In this document: in pieces, positions 1-7,256 of the stretch
How positions within the stretch are numbered: the first letter of the stretch is position 1
How the letters are laid out: each line of letters opens with the position of its first letter
Assembly: GCA_002317795.1 (NCBI GenBank)
Contig: NVWC01000002.1
Coordinates: 8,549 to 20,333, forward strand
From: Nitrososphaerota archaeon
Lineage (GTDB): Archaea; Thermoproteota; Nitrososphaeria; Nitrososphaerales; Nitrosopumilaceae
Reading direction: 5' to 3'
Length of the DNA stretch: 11,785 bases
Notes under the pieces: model-generated
What the model was told of the DNA's origin: nothing
Databases searched by the model: none
The model's input: the letters and a program-made list of their open reading frames with translations, nothing else
Made by a program: the position numbers and the translations under genes

Positions 1-459
1 TCTGAAGTAGTAGATAGATTAATTGAAGTTTTTGGTGAGGTAGAGATAATTCCTGGAATTAGTTCTATTCAAGTTGCAGCATCAAAGGCTCAAGTTCCAC
101 TTGATAAATCCAAAGTAATTACAATGCATGTTACTACACCCATTGAGGATAAAAAATTAGAATTACAAAAGGCATTGATTGATGGTTTTAGTGTAATTTT
201 AGTACCAAGACCTTGGCCAAAACAACCAGACAAACATTTTATGCCATCAGAAATTGCATTTTATCTCAAAGAAAATAATTTTGATACTAGTCAAATGAAA
301 GTTCATGTTTTTGAGGCAATTACAACTGAAAATGAAACAAGTTTTGTGGGTACTGTAAAAAATTTGGAAGGAAAAGAATTTTCTGATTTATCTGTAATGG
401 TGTTTAATCAAACTAGTTTAGATTCATACATGAATTATAGATGGCAATGGGAAAATTAG
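1..459 (+). CDS. cbiE: Precorrin/cobalt-precorrin C5-methyltransferase (CbiE-like tetrapyrrole methylase), 5'-truncated by the window edge
   Basis: Frame 1 is open from base 1: SEVVDRLIEVFGEVEIIPGISSIQVAASKA...; IIPGISSxQxAA is the tetrapyrrole-methylase motif, and the C-terminal VFEAITTENE...FSDLSVMV fits CbiE. The ORF-track start at 124 is internal. Confidence 0.8.
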   Translation, partial: SEVVDRLIEVFGEVEIIPGISSIQVAASKAQVPLDKSKVITMHVTTPIEDKKLELQKALIDGFSVILVPRPWPKQPDKHFMPSEIAFYLKENNFDTSQMKVHVFEAITTENETSFVGTVKNLEGKEFSDLSVMVFNQTSLDSYMNYRWQWEN

Positions 460-1349
460 TTACCCTGTTGATTAGTTGTTGAACCAGTTATAAAATTATC
501 CACAATAGGGAAACTTACTGCTTCAATTTTCATATACTTATAATCAGGATCATATAGTTTGTAAATTCCTAGACCATCAAATGTAATTGTGGTAGATTCT
601 CCAGGTGCAATATCTCCAGTTGAAATTCTTCCATCAGGAGTAAATGGATCATATCTATCACCATAATTTTCTTTTCCACTAATAATACTATGATTTGTAA
701 TATCATCATTTACTATAGTGATAGTAGTACCTGGATGTATTGAAATTCTATCAATAGAAAAGAATCGAAGTAAATTTGCTGTAGCCATTCCTGGAGTTAT
801 GTCATTAGTATCTTGTGCAGCAGATCCTTTTAGAATGTGAATTGTTATATCTGATTCTTCAGAGTCTGAAGTTATAGTAATTTTTGATAATGTAGATAGT
901 TTTGTTGTGTAGATGATTTTGTGTGTTTCATCACTAGTTGTAATTCTTCCAGTAAAACCATAAACTGATGCTTCTTTGCTTTCTTCTACTAGTCTTCCAA
1001 AGAAGCTAATTGAGGTATCAAGACCAGTTGAACTTTCAATATCTCCATTTATTCTAATATAACGGCCTTCACGCAAAAATTTTCCTTTTAAATCAGATAC
1101 TACAAATTCGTCATCACCTAATGTAATAAAACCATCTTCAATTAGAAAATTAATACTACTTCCACTTTGTTGTTGGGAAGATAAAGCAAGATCAATTTCT
1201 GATGTTTTAATTGATTCCTCAGTTACAGCAAAACCAGAGCCCTCTAACAAAAATGCTTGATTCTCAGATATTTCAGCAAATGAATCATTGATGAAATATC
1301 CTGATGAAATAAAAAGTATAGATAGTAAAAATATAATTACTTTCATCAT
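456..1349 (-). CDS. Secreted protein with a C-terminal cupredoxin/plastocyanin-like domain lacking canonical type-1 Cu ligands
   Basis: N-terminal signal peptide (KVIIFLLSILFISSG...SFA); C-terminal ISIHPGTTITIVNDDITNHSIISG...TGDIAPGESTTITFD..G.YKLYDPDYKYM. Overlaps the cbiE stop by 4 nt (convergent). Confidence 0.7.
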   Translation of the reverse strand: MMKVIIFLLSILFISSGYFINDSFAEISENQAFLLEGSGFAVTEESIKTSEIDLALSSQQQSGSSINFLIEDGFITLGDDEFVVSDLKGKFLREGRYIRINGDIESSTGLDTSISFFGRLVEESKEASVYGFTGRITTSDETHKIIYTTKLSTLSKITITSDSEESDITIHILKGSAAQDTNDITPGMATANLLRFFSIDRISIHPGTTITIVNDDITNHSIISGKENYGDRYDPFTPDGRISTGDIAPGESTTITFDGLGIYKLYDPDYKYMKIEAVSFPIVDNFITGSTTNQQGN

Positions 1350-1447
1350 TGATTTCTCTTCTAATTTGGTTTATAATTTACTACTAAATTATTTTAGATT
1401 AATCTGGTAATTAGTATAAACACAATTTTAAGGCTAGATTAAACATT

Positions 1448-1972
1448 TTATCCTAGCTTTTTCAGACGGGTTAGCATTTTTACTATTTCATCATATTCTA
1501 GTTGATTTTTACAAATTTTTTCTAATCGATTCCAATCAATCTTTTTGAGACATTTTTCAACAATAGTTTTTAGATCTGCTCTATCATTTGGTCTATCACT
1601 CGAATTAAAAGAACGATATTTTGCTATTATCATTACTTCTAGACATGCAACTTTGACCTCTTTTTTTGTATTTTCATTCAGAAGTGTTGCAGTTTTTACT
1701 ATTGTAGATACAGGAATATCACTAACATCTTTTCTATAGATATCTACTTTGATATTCCTAGGAGAATACCATGAATCTCTTTTGCCTTCTATAGAAATGT
1801 ATCCAAGTTCAATCAAATCATCATGTGTTATATCAGTAGCCAATGCTACATCAATATCAAAAGATGTTCGTGCCCGTTTTGTTTGAAGCATTACTGCTAC
1901 TGCTCCAACCATTACAACATCTTTAAGATCTTTAGATATAGCATATGCTTCTCCCATTATATCAAGCGACAA
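1448..1972 (-). CDS. Nucleotidyltransferase, AbiEii-like (pol-beta superfamily) putative toxin
   Basis: VVMVGAVAV...RTSFDIDV (GxxA...RxSxDxD) and C-terminal K...RPNDRADL motifs. TTG start preceded by GAGG; overlaps the upstream gene by 11 nt. Confidence 0.75.
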   Translation of the reverse strand: MSLDIMGEAYAISKDLKDVVMVGAVAVMLQTKRARTSFDIDVALATDITHDDLIELGYISIEGKRDSWYSPRNIKVDIYRKDVSDIPVSTIVKTATLLNENTKKEVKVACLEVMIIAKYRSFNSSDRPNDRADLKTIVEKCLKKIDWNRLEKICKNQLEYDEIVKMLTRLKKLG

Positions 1973-2651
1973 TATTTAACCTCGGTAAATCTTCTTGAAC
2001 TTTCTTTATGAATTCTACTGGGAAATAACCTTTGTTTTTTATGTTAGCGCCATAAAACCACTCCAATGCAATACCATCCAAAGTATTTCTTCCTCCTTTA
2101 GCAATACAATCAAAATATATTCTCTCGATTATATTATCAAAACTTCCTAATTTTGGAAGTAAAATTACATTTCCATTTTTTCCTTCATTAAAATCATTTT
2201 CAATTAAATAATTTGCAGATTCTTCTACATCATCTACATAAATAAAAAATTCTAAGGGAGTTTGATATCTTGTGAATTCCCATGTTGCATAATCTAAAGT
2301 AGTTAAAAATTTTCCTGGAAGATGTTTCTTAGCAAAATTCACATCAGATTCATTATAATATTTTCCAAATCGTCGTGCATTTTTTAATGCAATTAATGAT
2401 CCAAATAGTTTTTGTCTAATTGAAAATGGTTGAGTTACAACATTAGATTTAATTTCAAATATGTCACGATTAAATTTGGCTAAACCAAGTTGTTCCAAGA
2501 TTCGTAATCTATGATATGCTGTAGGGAGAGAACCTGCTTGTTTTTTTGCATCTTTCTTTATACTATACACTAACTGGCCGGTAAAAGCTTGAGCAAACGA
2601 AATGGCTCTCTCAATTTCAGATTCAATTAATTGAAAATCATTATATTTCAT
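1962..2651 (-). CDS. Putative AbiEi-like antitoxin / transcriptional regulator with N-terminal wHTH
   Basis: SLPTAYHRLRILEQLGLAKF is a wHTH recognition helix plus wing; TTLDYATWEFTRYQTP...FIYV resembles AbiEi-type C-terminal domains. Directly upstream of and overlapping the NTase gene. Confidence 0.55.
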   Translation of the reverse strand: MKYNDFQLIESEIERAISFAQAFTGQLVYSIKKDAKKQAGSLPTAYHRLRILEQLGLAKFNRDIFEIKSNVVTQPFSIRQKLFGSLIALKNARRFGKYYNESDVNFAKKHLPGKFLTTLDYATWEFTRYQTPLEFFIYVDDVEESANYLIENDFNEGKNGNVILLPKLGSFDNIIERIYFDCIAKGGRNTLDGIALEWFYGANIKNKGYFPVEFIKKVQEDLPRLNIVA

Positions 2652-2670
2652 AATCTAATTATGACAGTTA

Positions 2671-2680
2671 TATTAATAAA
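2671..2680 (-). promoter_or_regulatory. Candidate archaeal TATA box for the wHTH-NTase operon
   Basis: TTTATTAATA on the minus strand, 20-29 nt upstream of the ATG at 2651, consistent with a leaderless transcript. Confidence 0.4.
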
Positions 2681-2812
2681 GATTTATAGAAAATCATAGA
2701 ACTATATATAATCAACATAATTTTTATGTATCTAAACTATATAAGAATTTAATAATAAATTCATGCCTAGAATGTAGATTTCTTACTTGGATTCTTAACA
2801 AGACTTTTATGC

Positions 2813-3892
2813 ATGGATTGTTATCTAAGATTAATGCGAATTAAAGCCGTTCCATTCAAACAACATGGAACAACAATGTATAGTGCCGTAATGTCTGCTA
2901 AGAATTTAGTAGATCAATACAAGGTAGATATTTGGCACCCTACAAACGAAGATGGTTATCAAAGAGCCGTATCACCAACTAGAGCAAAACAATTTGGTCG
3001 ATATGTAGCATCTGGAGAAATTTCAGCACCTGCAATTTTAGTAAATATCCGTAAAGAGGATAAAGATAAAATCACATATGATGAAGGTTTTCTTGAAATT
3101 TCTGATGATGTTACAATATGGTTAGTTGACGGTCAACATAGAGTGGCTGGACTAGAAGATTTGATTTTGTCTGCTGGAGAAAAATATGAGAACATAGAAT
3201 TCCCAGTTATCGTTATGATAGGACAAGATGTTTACGAAGAAGCAAAAGAATTTGTTGTGATTAATAATTCTCAAAAAAGAGTTAGAACTGATCTTGGTGA
3301 ACGTTTTCTACAAAAACGAGCAAAAATAGAAGGTACAGAAAAGTTACTTCAAAAAGGAATTAAAAATATCGAGTGGATTCCTACAGCAATTGATGTTGTT
3401 GACATACTAAACATAGACCCGGATGGTATTTGGTATAATAAAATTCGTTTACCAAATGAACCAAAGGGAATTACAATTGTAAGTCAGAAAGCATTTAGTG
3501 ATTCACTAAAACCACTTCTTAAAGAAGATGGAAGATATTTTGGAAGCTCAAAAGATACTGTGGCCTCTATTCTGAAAAATTATTGGGAAGCAATACAACA
3601 AGTATTCCCTGAACCTTTTGAGAATCCTGAGGGATATGTTCTAATGAAAACTACAGGTGTAGTAACACTTCATGGCATTTTACCTAGAATTGTACGAGTA
3701 ATTGGAAATGATGAACCTAGTACTACAGAATTTGTTAAGCTATTAGAAAAGATTCCAATATTGAATGATGTAGAAAAATGGTCAAGTCCAAATGGTGAAT
3801 ACAGCAGAATGACAGGACAGAAAGGTTTCTTGATAATCAAATTGGATCTTCTTGAAGAGATCCAAGAAACATTAATGCAGGTAACTGCATAA
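2813..3892 (+). CDS. DGQHR-domain protein (DndB-like, ParB/Srx superfamily)
   Basis: GYQR, VDGQHR and FVVINNSQKRV motifs. The true start may be the ATG at 2834 (MRIKAVPF). Confidence 0.85.
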   Translation: MDCYLRLMRIKAVPFKQHGTTMYSAVMSAKNLVDQYKVDIWHPTNEDGYQRAVSPTRAKQFGRYVASGEISAPAILVNIRKEDKDKITYDEGFLEISDDVTIWLVDGQHRVAGLEDLILSAGEKYENIEFPVIVMIGQDVYEEAKEFVVINNSQKRVRTDLGERFLQKRAKIEGTEKLLQKGIKNIEWIPTAIDVVDILNIDPDGIWYNKIRLPNEPKGITIVSQKAFSDSLKPLLKEDGRYFGSSKDTVASILKNYWEAIQQVFPEPFENPEGYVLMKTTGVVTLHGILPRIVRVIGNDEPSTTEFVKLLEKIPILNDVEKWSSPNGEYSRMTGQKGFLIIKLDLLEEIQETLMQVTA

Positions 3893-3910
3893 CCCCCCTC
3901 TCTTTTTTTT
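3893..3910 (+). terminator. Pyrimidine tract / T8 archaeal-type terminator
   Basis: CCCCCCTCTCTTTTTTTT immediately after the DGQHR stop codon. Confidence 0.55.
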
Positions 3911-3960
3911 AATATATTTTAGAACTAAATTATATATTACATATACAATGTATGCAAAAT

Positions 3961-4104
3961 ATGGTCAAAACCCTTCGTATTTCAGACGCTAATCACAAGG
4001 AAATGCTGAAAGTTCAGGGTGAAATTCAGGCTAAATCAGGTGAGTTCACTAGCATGGATGATGTGATTGCTGAACTAGTAAAAATTCATAGAAAAAGAAA
4101 GTAA
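3961..4104 (+). CDS. Small ribbon-helix-helix-like DNA-binding protein (47 aa; not in the ORF track)
   Basis: MVKTLRISDANHKEMLKVQGEIQAKSGEFTSMDDVIAELVKIHRKRK*: KTLRIS strand, helix, then the SMDDVI second helix. Alternative in-frame ATG at 3952. Confidence 0.7.
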   Translation: MVKTLRISDANHKEMLKVQGEIQAKSGEFTSMDDVIAELVKIHRKRK

Positions 4105-4105
4105 T

Positions 4106-4954
4106 CTAATCTTTACAGATGGATATTGGAAAATATCTTGAATTTTTCATTTCAGATTGTAATTTTGCTAATTCATTTCGTTTTTTAATATATTCTTCTT
4201 CTTTTTTCATATATTCTTCTTGATCATTTTTATTTTTAAAATGTCTAATTTGAGGTATTTTCTCTCCTCCACCAATATAATGCCCATTAAAATCAGTAAA
4301 GGTAAAGGGAGTTTCTAGATCTCTAACTATTTCATTTACAGTTCTAAATTTTTTAGTATAATCTCTTGTTAACATAATCATTATTGATTGTCTAAAAGAC
4401 TCATTAGCATAAACAGTCCAACCTTCATCTTTTAATCTTGCATTATTTTTTTCGTTAAGTAATTTTTCGATCTTTTCTTTAATTTCATCAACATATTTAG
4501 CTATAAGATTTATTGCAAATCTATATTCTGTCTTGTTGATATCTTTGGTGATATAATCCAACATCCATATTGTTTCATAAATAGCAATTCCGGATAATAA
4601 ATGAGGAATTGTTGAGATCAATTGTACTTTAGTCATTTTTTCAAAATCTAGTTCACTGTCATTGATAGCTATTTCCAGTCCCATTTGAGCCATGGAACGA
4701 AGACCATCACTAATAATTGCTTTATAGATTGTTTGACTATTTCGAAGTTCTCCTAGTTGTTCCCTTGAAACGATATTTTCTTCAACTAATGTTTTAAGAT
4801 GTCTGTTAACAGTATTTTTTGGGAATCCAGTAATTCTTTGTAACTCATTAAATCCCAAACCGTTATGACTTTTAGCTAAAGTTTCTAATAATACAGAATC
4901 ACGAGAATCTAATTCAAATTCTTCTTTCATATAGTAATTTTCATAGTTTATCAT
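4106..4954 (-). CDS. Winged-helix transcriptional regulator with an unknown helical C-terminal region
   Basis: LLETLAKSHNGLGFNELQRITGFPKNTVNRHLKTLVEENIVSR (IclR/ArsR/HxlR-like wHTH). Start may be 4930. Confidence 0.7.
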   Translation of the reverse strand: MINYENYYMKEEFELDSRDSVLLETLAKSHNGLGFNELQRITGFPKNTVNRHLKTLVEENIVSREQLGELRNSQTIYKAIISDGLRSMAQMGLEIAINDSELDFEKMTKVQLISTIPHLLSGIAIYETIWMLDYITKDINKTEYRFAINLIAKYVDEIKEKIEKLLNEKNNARLKDEGWTVYANESFRQSIMIMLTRDYTKKFRTVNEIVRDLETPFTFTDFNGHYIGGGEKIPQIRHFKNKNDQEEYMKKEEEYIKKRNELAKLQSEMKNSRYFPISICKD

Positions 4955-4957
4955 ATA

Positions 4958-4997
4958 TAGTCTAGTAGGTAGACTAGTAGTTCACATCGTAGTCTAG
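4958..4997. promoter_or_regulatory. Candidate operator in the divergent spacer
   Basis: TAGTCTA-N5-TAGACTA inverted repeat (4958-4976) and a further TAGTCTAG at 4990-4997. Confidence 0.45.
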
Positions 4998-5012
4998 ATG
5001 AGGTAGTATTGT

Positions 5013-5207
5013 GTGACTAATAGTATGAATGATTCAGTTATTCTATCATTTGACAAAAAAATTTGGTCATTGATAGACAAGAAAAGAAACAGAGATTCTC
5101 GTACTGATTTTTTACAACGTTTTGTTGTCAGTATATTGAGAAATCCTACTAGACCATCATGTACACTAGAAAAATGGTTTGAAGTAGATAGGAGTAATTT
5201 GTGTTGA
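5013..5207 (+). CDS. Small CopG/RHH-like protein
   Basis: VILSFDKKIWSLIDKKRNRDSRTDFL resembles the RHH strand-helix-SRS(E/D)F pattern. Its stop overlaps the start of the next ORF. Start may be the ATG at 5025. Confidence 0.5.
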   Translation: MTNSMNDSVILSFDKKIWSLIDKKRNRDSRTDFLQRFVVSILRNPTRPSCTLEKWFEVDRSNLC

Positions 5208-5341
5208 CTTCAATTCAGATCCAAAAATCTACACAAAATAGACTTTCAAAAATTGGAAGTATGTCATCTACGTGGGATTCAGTTCTAAACGAGCTGTTAG
5301 ATCATGTAGACAAATGTGATAGCTACTGGAGTGAAAAATAA
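5201..5341 (+). CDS. Small RHH-like protein (46 aa; not in the ORF track)
   Basis: MLTSIQIQKSTQNRLSKIGSMSSTWDSVLNELLDHVDKCDSYWSEK*; GGAG at 5191-5194 precedes the GTG/TTG start. The stop overlaps the next ATG (TAATG at 5339-5343). Confidence 0.7.
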   Translation: MLTSIQIQKSTQNRLSKIGSMSSTWDSVLNELLDHVDKCDSYWSEK

Positions 5342-5526
5342 TGAAACAGAGATTGATCACAAAAATTACTCCATATCTCTTTGAAGAGTATTTGATAATA
5401 CCACTTCACAAAGATTGGATTAATGTCTACAAGACAATACCGACTTTTGAAGTTAGAATTGACAAAGAGGGGAGACTGATACTACTCGGTCCCTCTCTTA
5501 AAAGGTCAGGTGATATGAGTGAGTAA
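5341..5526 (+). CDS. Small hypothetical protein, possibly AbrB/SpoVT-like swapped-hairpin fold
   Basis: YLIIPLHKDW...FEVRIDKEGRLILLGP; overlaps its neighbours on both sides. Confidence 0.55.
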   Translation: MKQRLITKITPYLFEEYLIIPLHKDWINVYKTIPTFEVRIDKEGRLILLGPSLKRSGDMSE

Positions 5527-6022
5527 CATCAGTGGACAAAAGACAAAGAAACTGTATCAACAATTAGTTGAGAGGGATGGAGAAGTTTGTTGTTTCTGTT
5601 GGAATGGTCCAAAGAAAAGACAATTAGTAATTGTCAAAAAAAACAAATCTAGAGAATACAAAACAGAAAATCTAGAATTGTATTGTAAGAGATGTAATAG
5701 TTTCAGAAAGAGTACACAGTCAGGTGACATCAGTGTGAGTTTAGATGAAACATCTCTATCTATAAACAGAGACAAAGAACCAAAATTTGGAGAATGGATC
5801 TATTATAGATTGAATGAATCTTTATACATTGATAAAGAAATTCTGACCAATGAGGGAGCTGAAAAATTTGGTTTGTCACCAATCACTACAGAAAGATATC
5901 TGAAAAAGATGTGTTCTAAAGAAGGTCTTTGTAAAATGGTAATGGGTAATGTTACTAAAAACAAAGATCATCCACTATTCAAAGGGGAAATAGAAGTATA
6001 TGATGGGATTCGACTCACCTAA
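5519..6022 (+). CDS. Degenerate HNH-like Zn-finger fused to a C-terminal wHTH
   Basis: ERDGEVCCFC...ENLELYCKRCN (HNH scaffold; expected IDH replaced by IVK) and EGAEKFGLSPITTERYLKKM (HTH). GTG start preceded by AGGTGA at 5508-5513. Confidence 0.65.
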   Translation: MSNISGQKTKKLYQQLVERDGEVCCFCWNGPKKRQLVIVKKNKSREYKTENLELYCKRCNSFRKSTQSGDISVSLDETSLSINRDKEPKFGEWIYYRLNESLYIDKEILTNEGAEKFGLSPITTERYLKKMCSKEGLCKMVMGNVTKNKDHPLFKGEIEVYDGIRLT

Positions 6023-6063
6023 CCATCATCTTCTATAACACCTTTATTTTTTGATAAAATCAC

Positions 6064-6141
6064 ATACTTTTGTGACTGAGTATAAGATCTATGCTTATAG
6101 ATTTCTCTAAAATACTCTATACTTTTACGACTGAGTATAGA
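6064..6141. repeat. Two 21-bp direct repeats, each with dyad symmetry
   Basis: ATACTTTTGTGACTGAGTATA (6064-6084) and ATACTTTTACGACTGAGTATA (6119-6139), 19/21 identical, 55-bp period. Confidence 0.7.
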
Positions 6142-6187
6142 CATAGTATCAATAAATTTCATAATTTTCTATCGCTTGTTAACTAAT

Positions 6188-7003
6188 TTATGAGAACATA
6201 CCAAACCAAGATTTTAGAATACTACCCAACGTAACAGATTGTCTATTGTTATTTTTGATTACTTGACAGATATCATCTACTAGTTCAGTACCAGCTCCAC
6301 AGATAATACCAGTTGATGTTGTTTGTAGTACTGTTTCTTTCTTTGGTTTTTGTTCTATCTTGTTTTTTATGGTATTACTCAAATCTTTGATCTCATTGTT
6401 TTGTGGGTCTAATACAATTGCTCTGTCAAACATTTTTTCTGATTCTTCAAATTTGTCAAGTTCAAACAGCGATGTTGCTTTGTTTGCAGTTGCTATTGTA
6501 TACTGTTGATGAAGATCTATTGCTTTATCATACAGTACAATTGCTTCTTTGTGTAAATTCATACTAGCAAGAATGACTCCAGCATCATTTAGATCTCTAA
6601 TTCCAGAAGTGTTGATACAGTTTGATATGCTATTTTCATATACGTAGTAATAATTTGTGTCTAGATTGTATGAATCATAATTATTTTGTGCATATTGCTG
6701 AGCAACATATCTCGCTTTATCAGGACAATCATCGATGTTTTCTTGTATTTGTGAATATGATTGCGTTAATCCAACACCTTCTTCAATGGTACCAGAAAAA
6801 TTATTATGAAACCATGTTTTGTAAATGGATTCAGAATAATATCTCTCTAGATAATGTTCTACTCCTTTTTCTGAATCATATGGAAAGTTTTTCATTGCAG
6901 AATATTTCGGAGTTGTTTCATCAGCAAAAGACAAAGACATGCTAGAAACAAACACAGATACAAAAATTAGAGAAAGTAAGAGCTTCATAGTATAACTTGG
7001 CAT
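6188..7003 (-). CDS. Secreted TPR-repeat protein with thaumarchaeal-type modules
   Basis: Signal peptide MKLLLSLIFVSVF (likely start 6988); TPRs EAIVLYDKAIDL and ESEKMFDRAIVLDP; HYLERYYSESIYKTWF and CGAGTELVDDICQV segments recall Nitrosopumilus surface proteins. Confidence 0.75.
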   Translation of the reverse strand: MPSYTMKLLLSLIFVSVFVSSMSLSFADETTPKYSAMKNFPYDSEKGVEHYLERYYSESIYKTWFHNNFSGTIEEGVGLTQSYSQIQENIDDCPDKARYVAQQYAQNNYDSYNLDTNYYYVYENSISNCINTSGIRDLNDAGVILASMNLHKEAIVLYDKAIDLHQQYTIATANKATSLFELDKFEESEKMFDRAIVLDPQNNEIKDLSNTIKNKIEQKPKKETVLQTTSTGIICGAGTELVDDICQVIKNNNRQSVTLGSILKSWFGMFS

Positions 7004-7033
7004 AACTAGGTTTTACTGTATTTAAGTTATACT
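6989..7033. promoter_or_regulatory. 10-bp inverted repeat in a divergent promoter
   Basis: AGTATAACTT (6989-6998)-N25-AAGTTATACT (7024-7033); TATTTAAG at 7019-7026 can be read as a TATA element on either strand. Confidence 0.5.
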
Positions 7034-7050
7034 GAGTAATACTTTGTCAT

Positions 7051-7191
7051 GTGAAGATCAAGACTGCAATTTCAATAGATAATTATTTGTTAAAATGGAT
7101 TGAAAGTGAAATAAAGTCTGGAAGATTTGCAAGCAAGAGTCATGGAATCAACTATTGTGTCAAGATGGTAAAGGATAGAAAAATTACTTGA
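7051..7191 (+). CDS. CopG/ParD-like ribbon-helix-helix protein (46 aa; not in the ORF track)
   Basis: GTG start, MKIKTAISIDNYLLKWIESEIKSGRFASKSHGINYCVKMVKDRKIT*; the GRFASKSH signature fits RHH_1/CopG. Confidence 0.75.
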   Translation: MKIKTAISIDNYLLKWIESEIKSGRFASKSHGINYCVKMVKDRKIT

Positions 7192-7256
7192 ACATGCTCA
7201 AAACTTCATAGATTTGTGACTAGATATAGAATTTATCTTCATAAATTTCTCAAAAT

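Noticed and set aside
1545-2011. + strand ORFs 1545-1739 and 1823-2011
   Set aside because: Antisense shadows of the NTase/wHTH genes, with no motifs.
2813-3892. DNA phosphorothioation (Dnd) system call
   Set aside because: Only the DGQHR gene is present; no DndC/D/E, cysteine desulfurase or restriction module is in the window.
5557-5775. - strand 72-aa ORF
   Set aside because: Shadow of the HNH-wHTH gene.
6064-6139. Mini CRISPR array (21-bp repeats, 34-bp spacer)
   Set aside because: Only two short, non-identical repeats; the spacer is itself palindromic; no cas genes or leader.
6622-6945. + strand 107-aa ORF
   Set aside because: Shadow of the TPR gene, with atypical composition.
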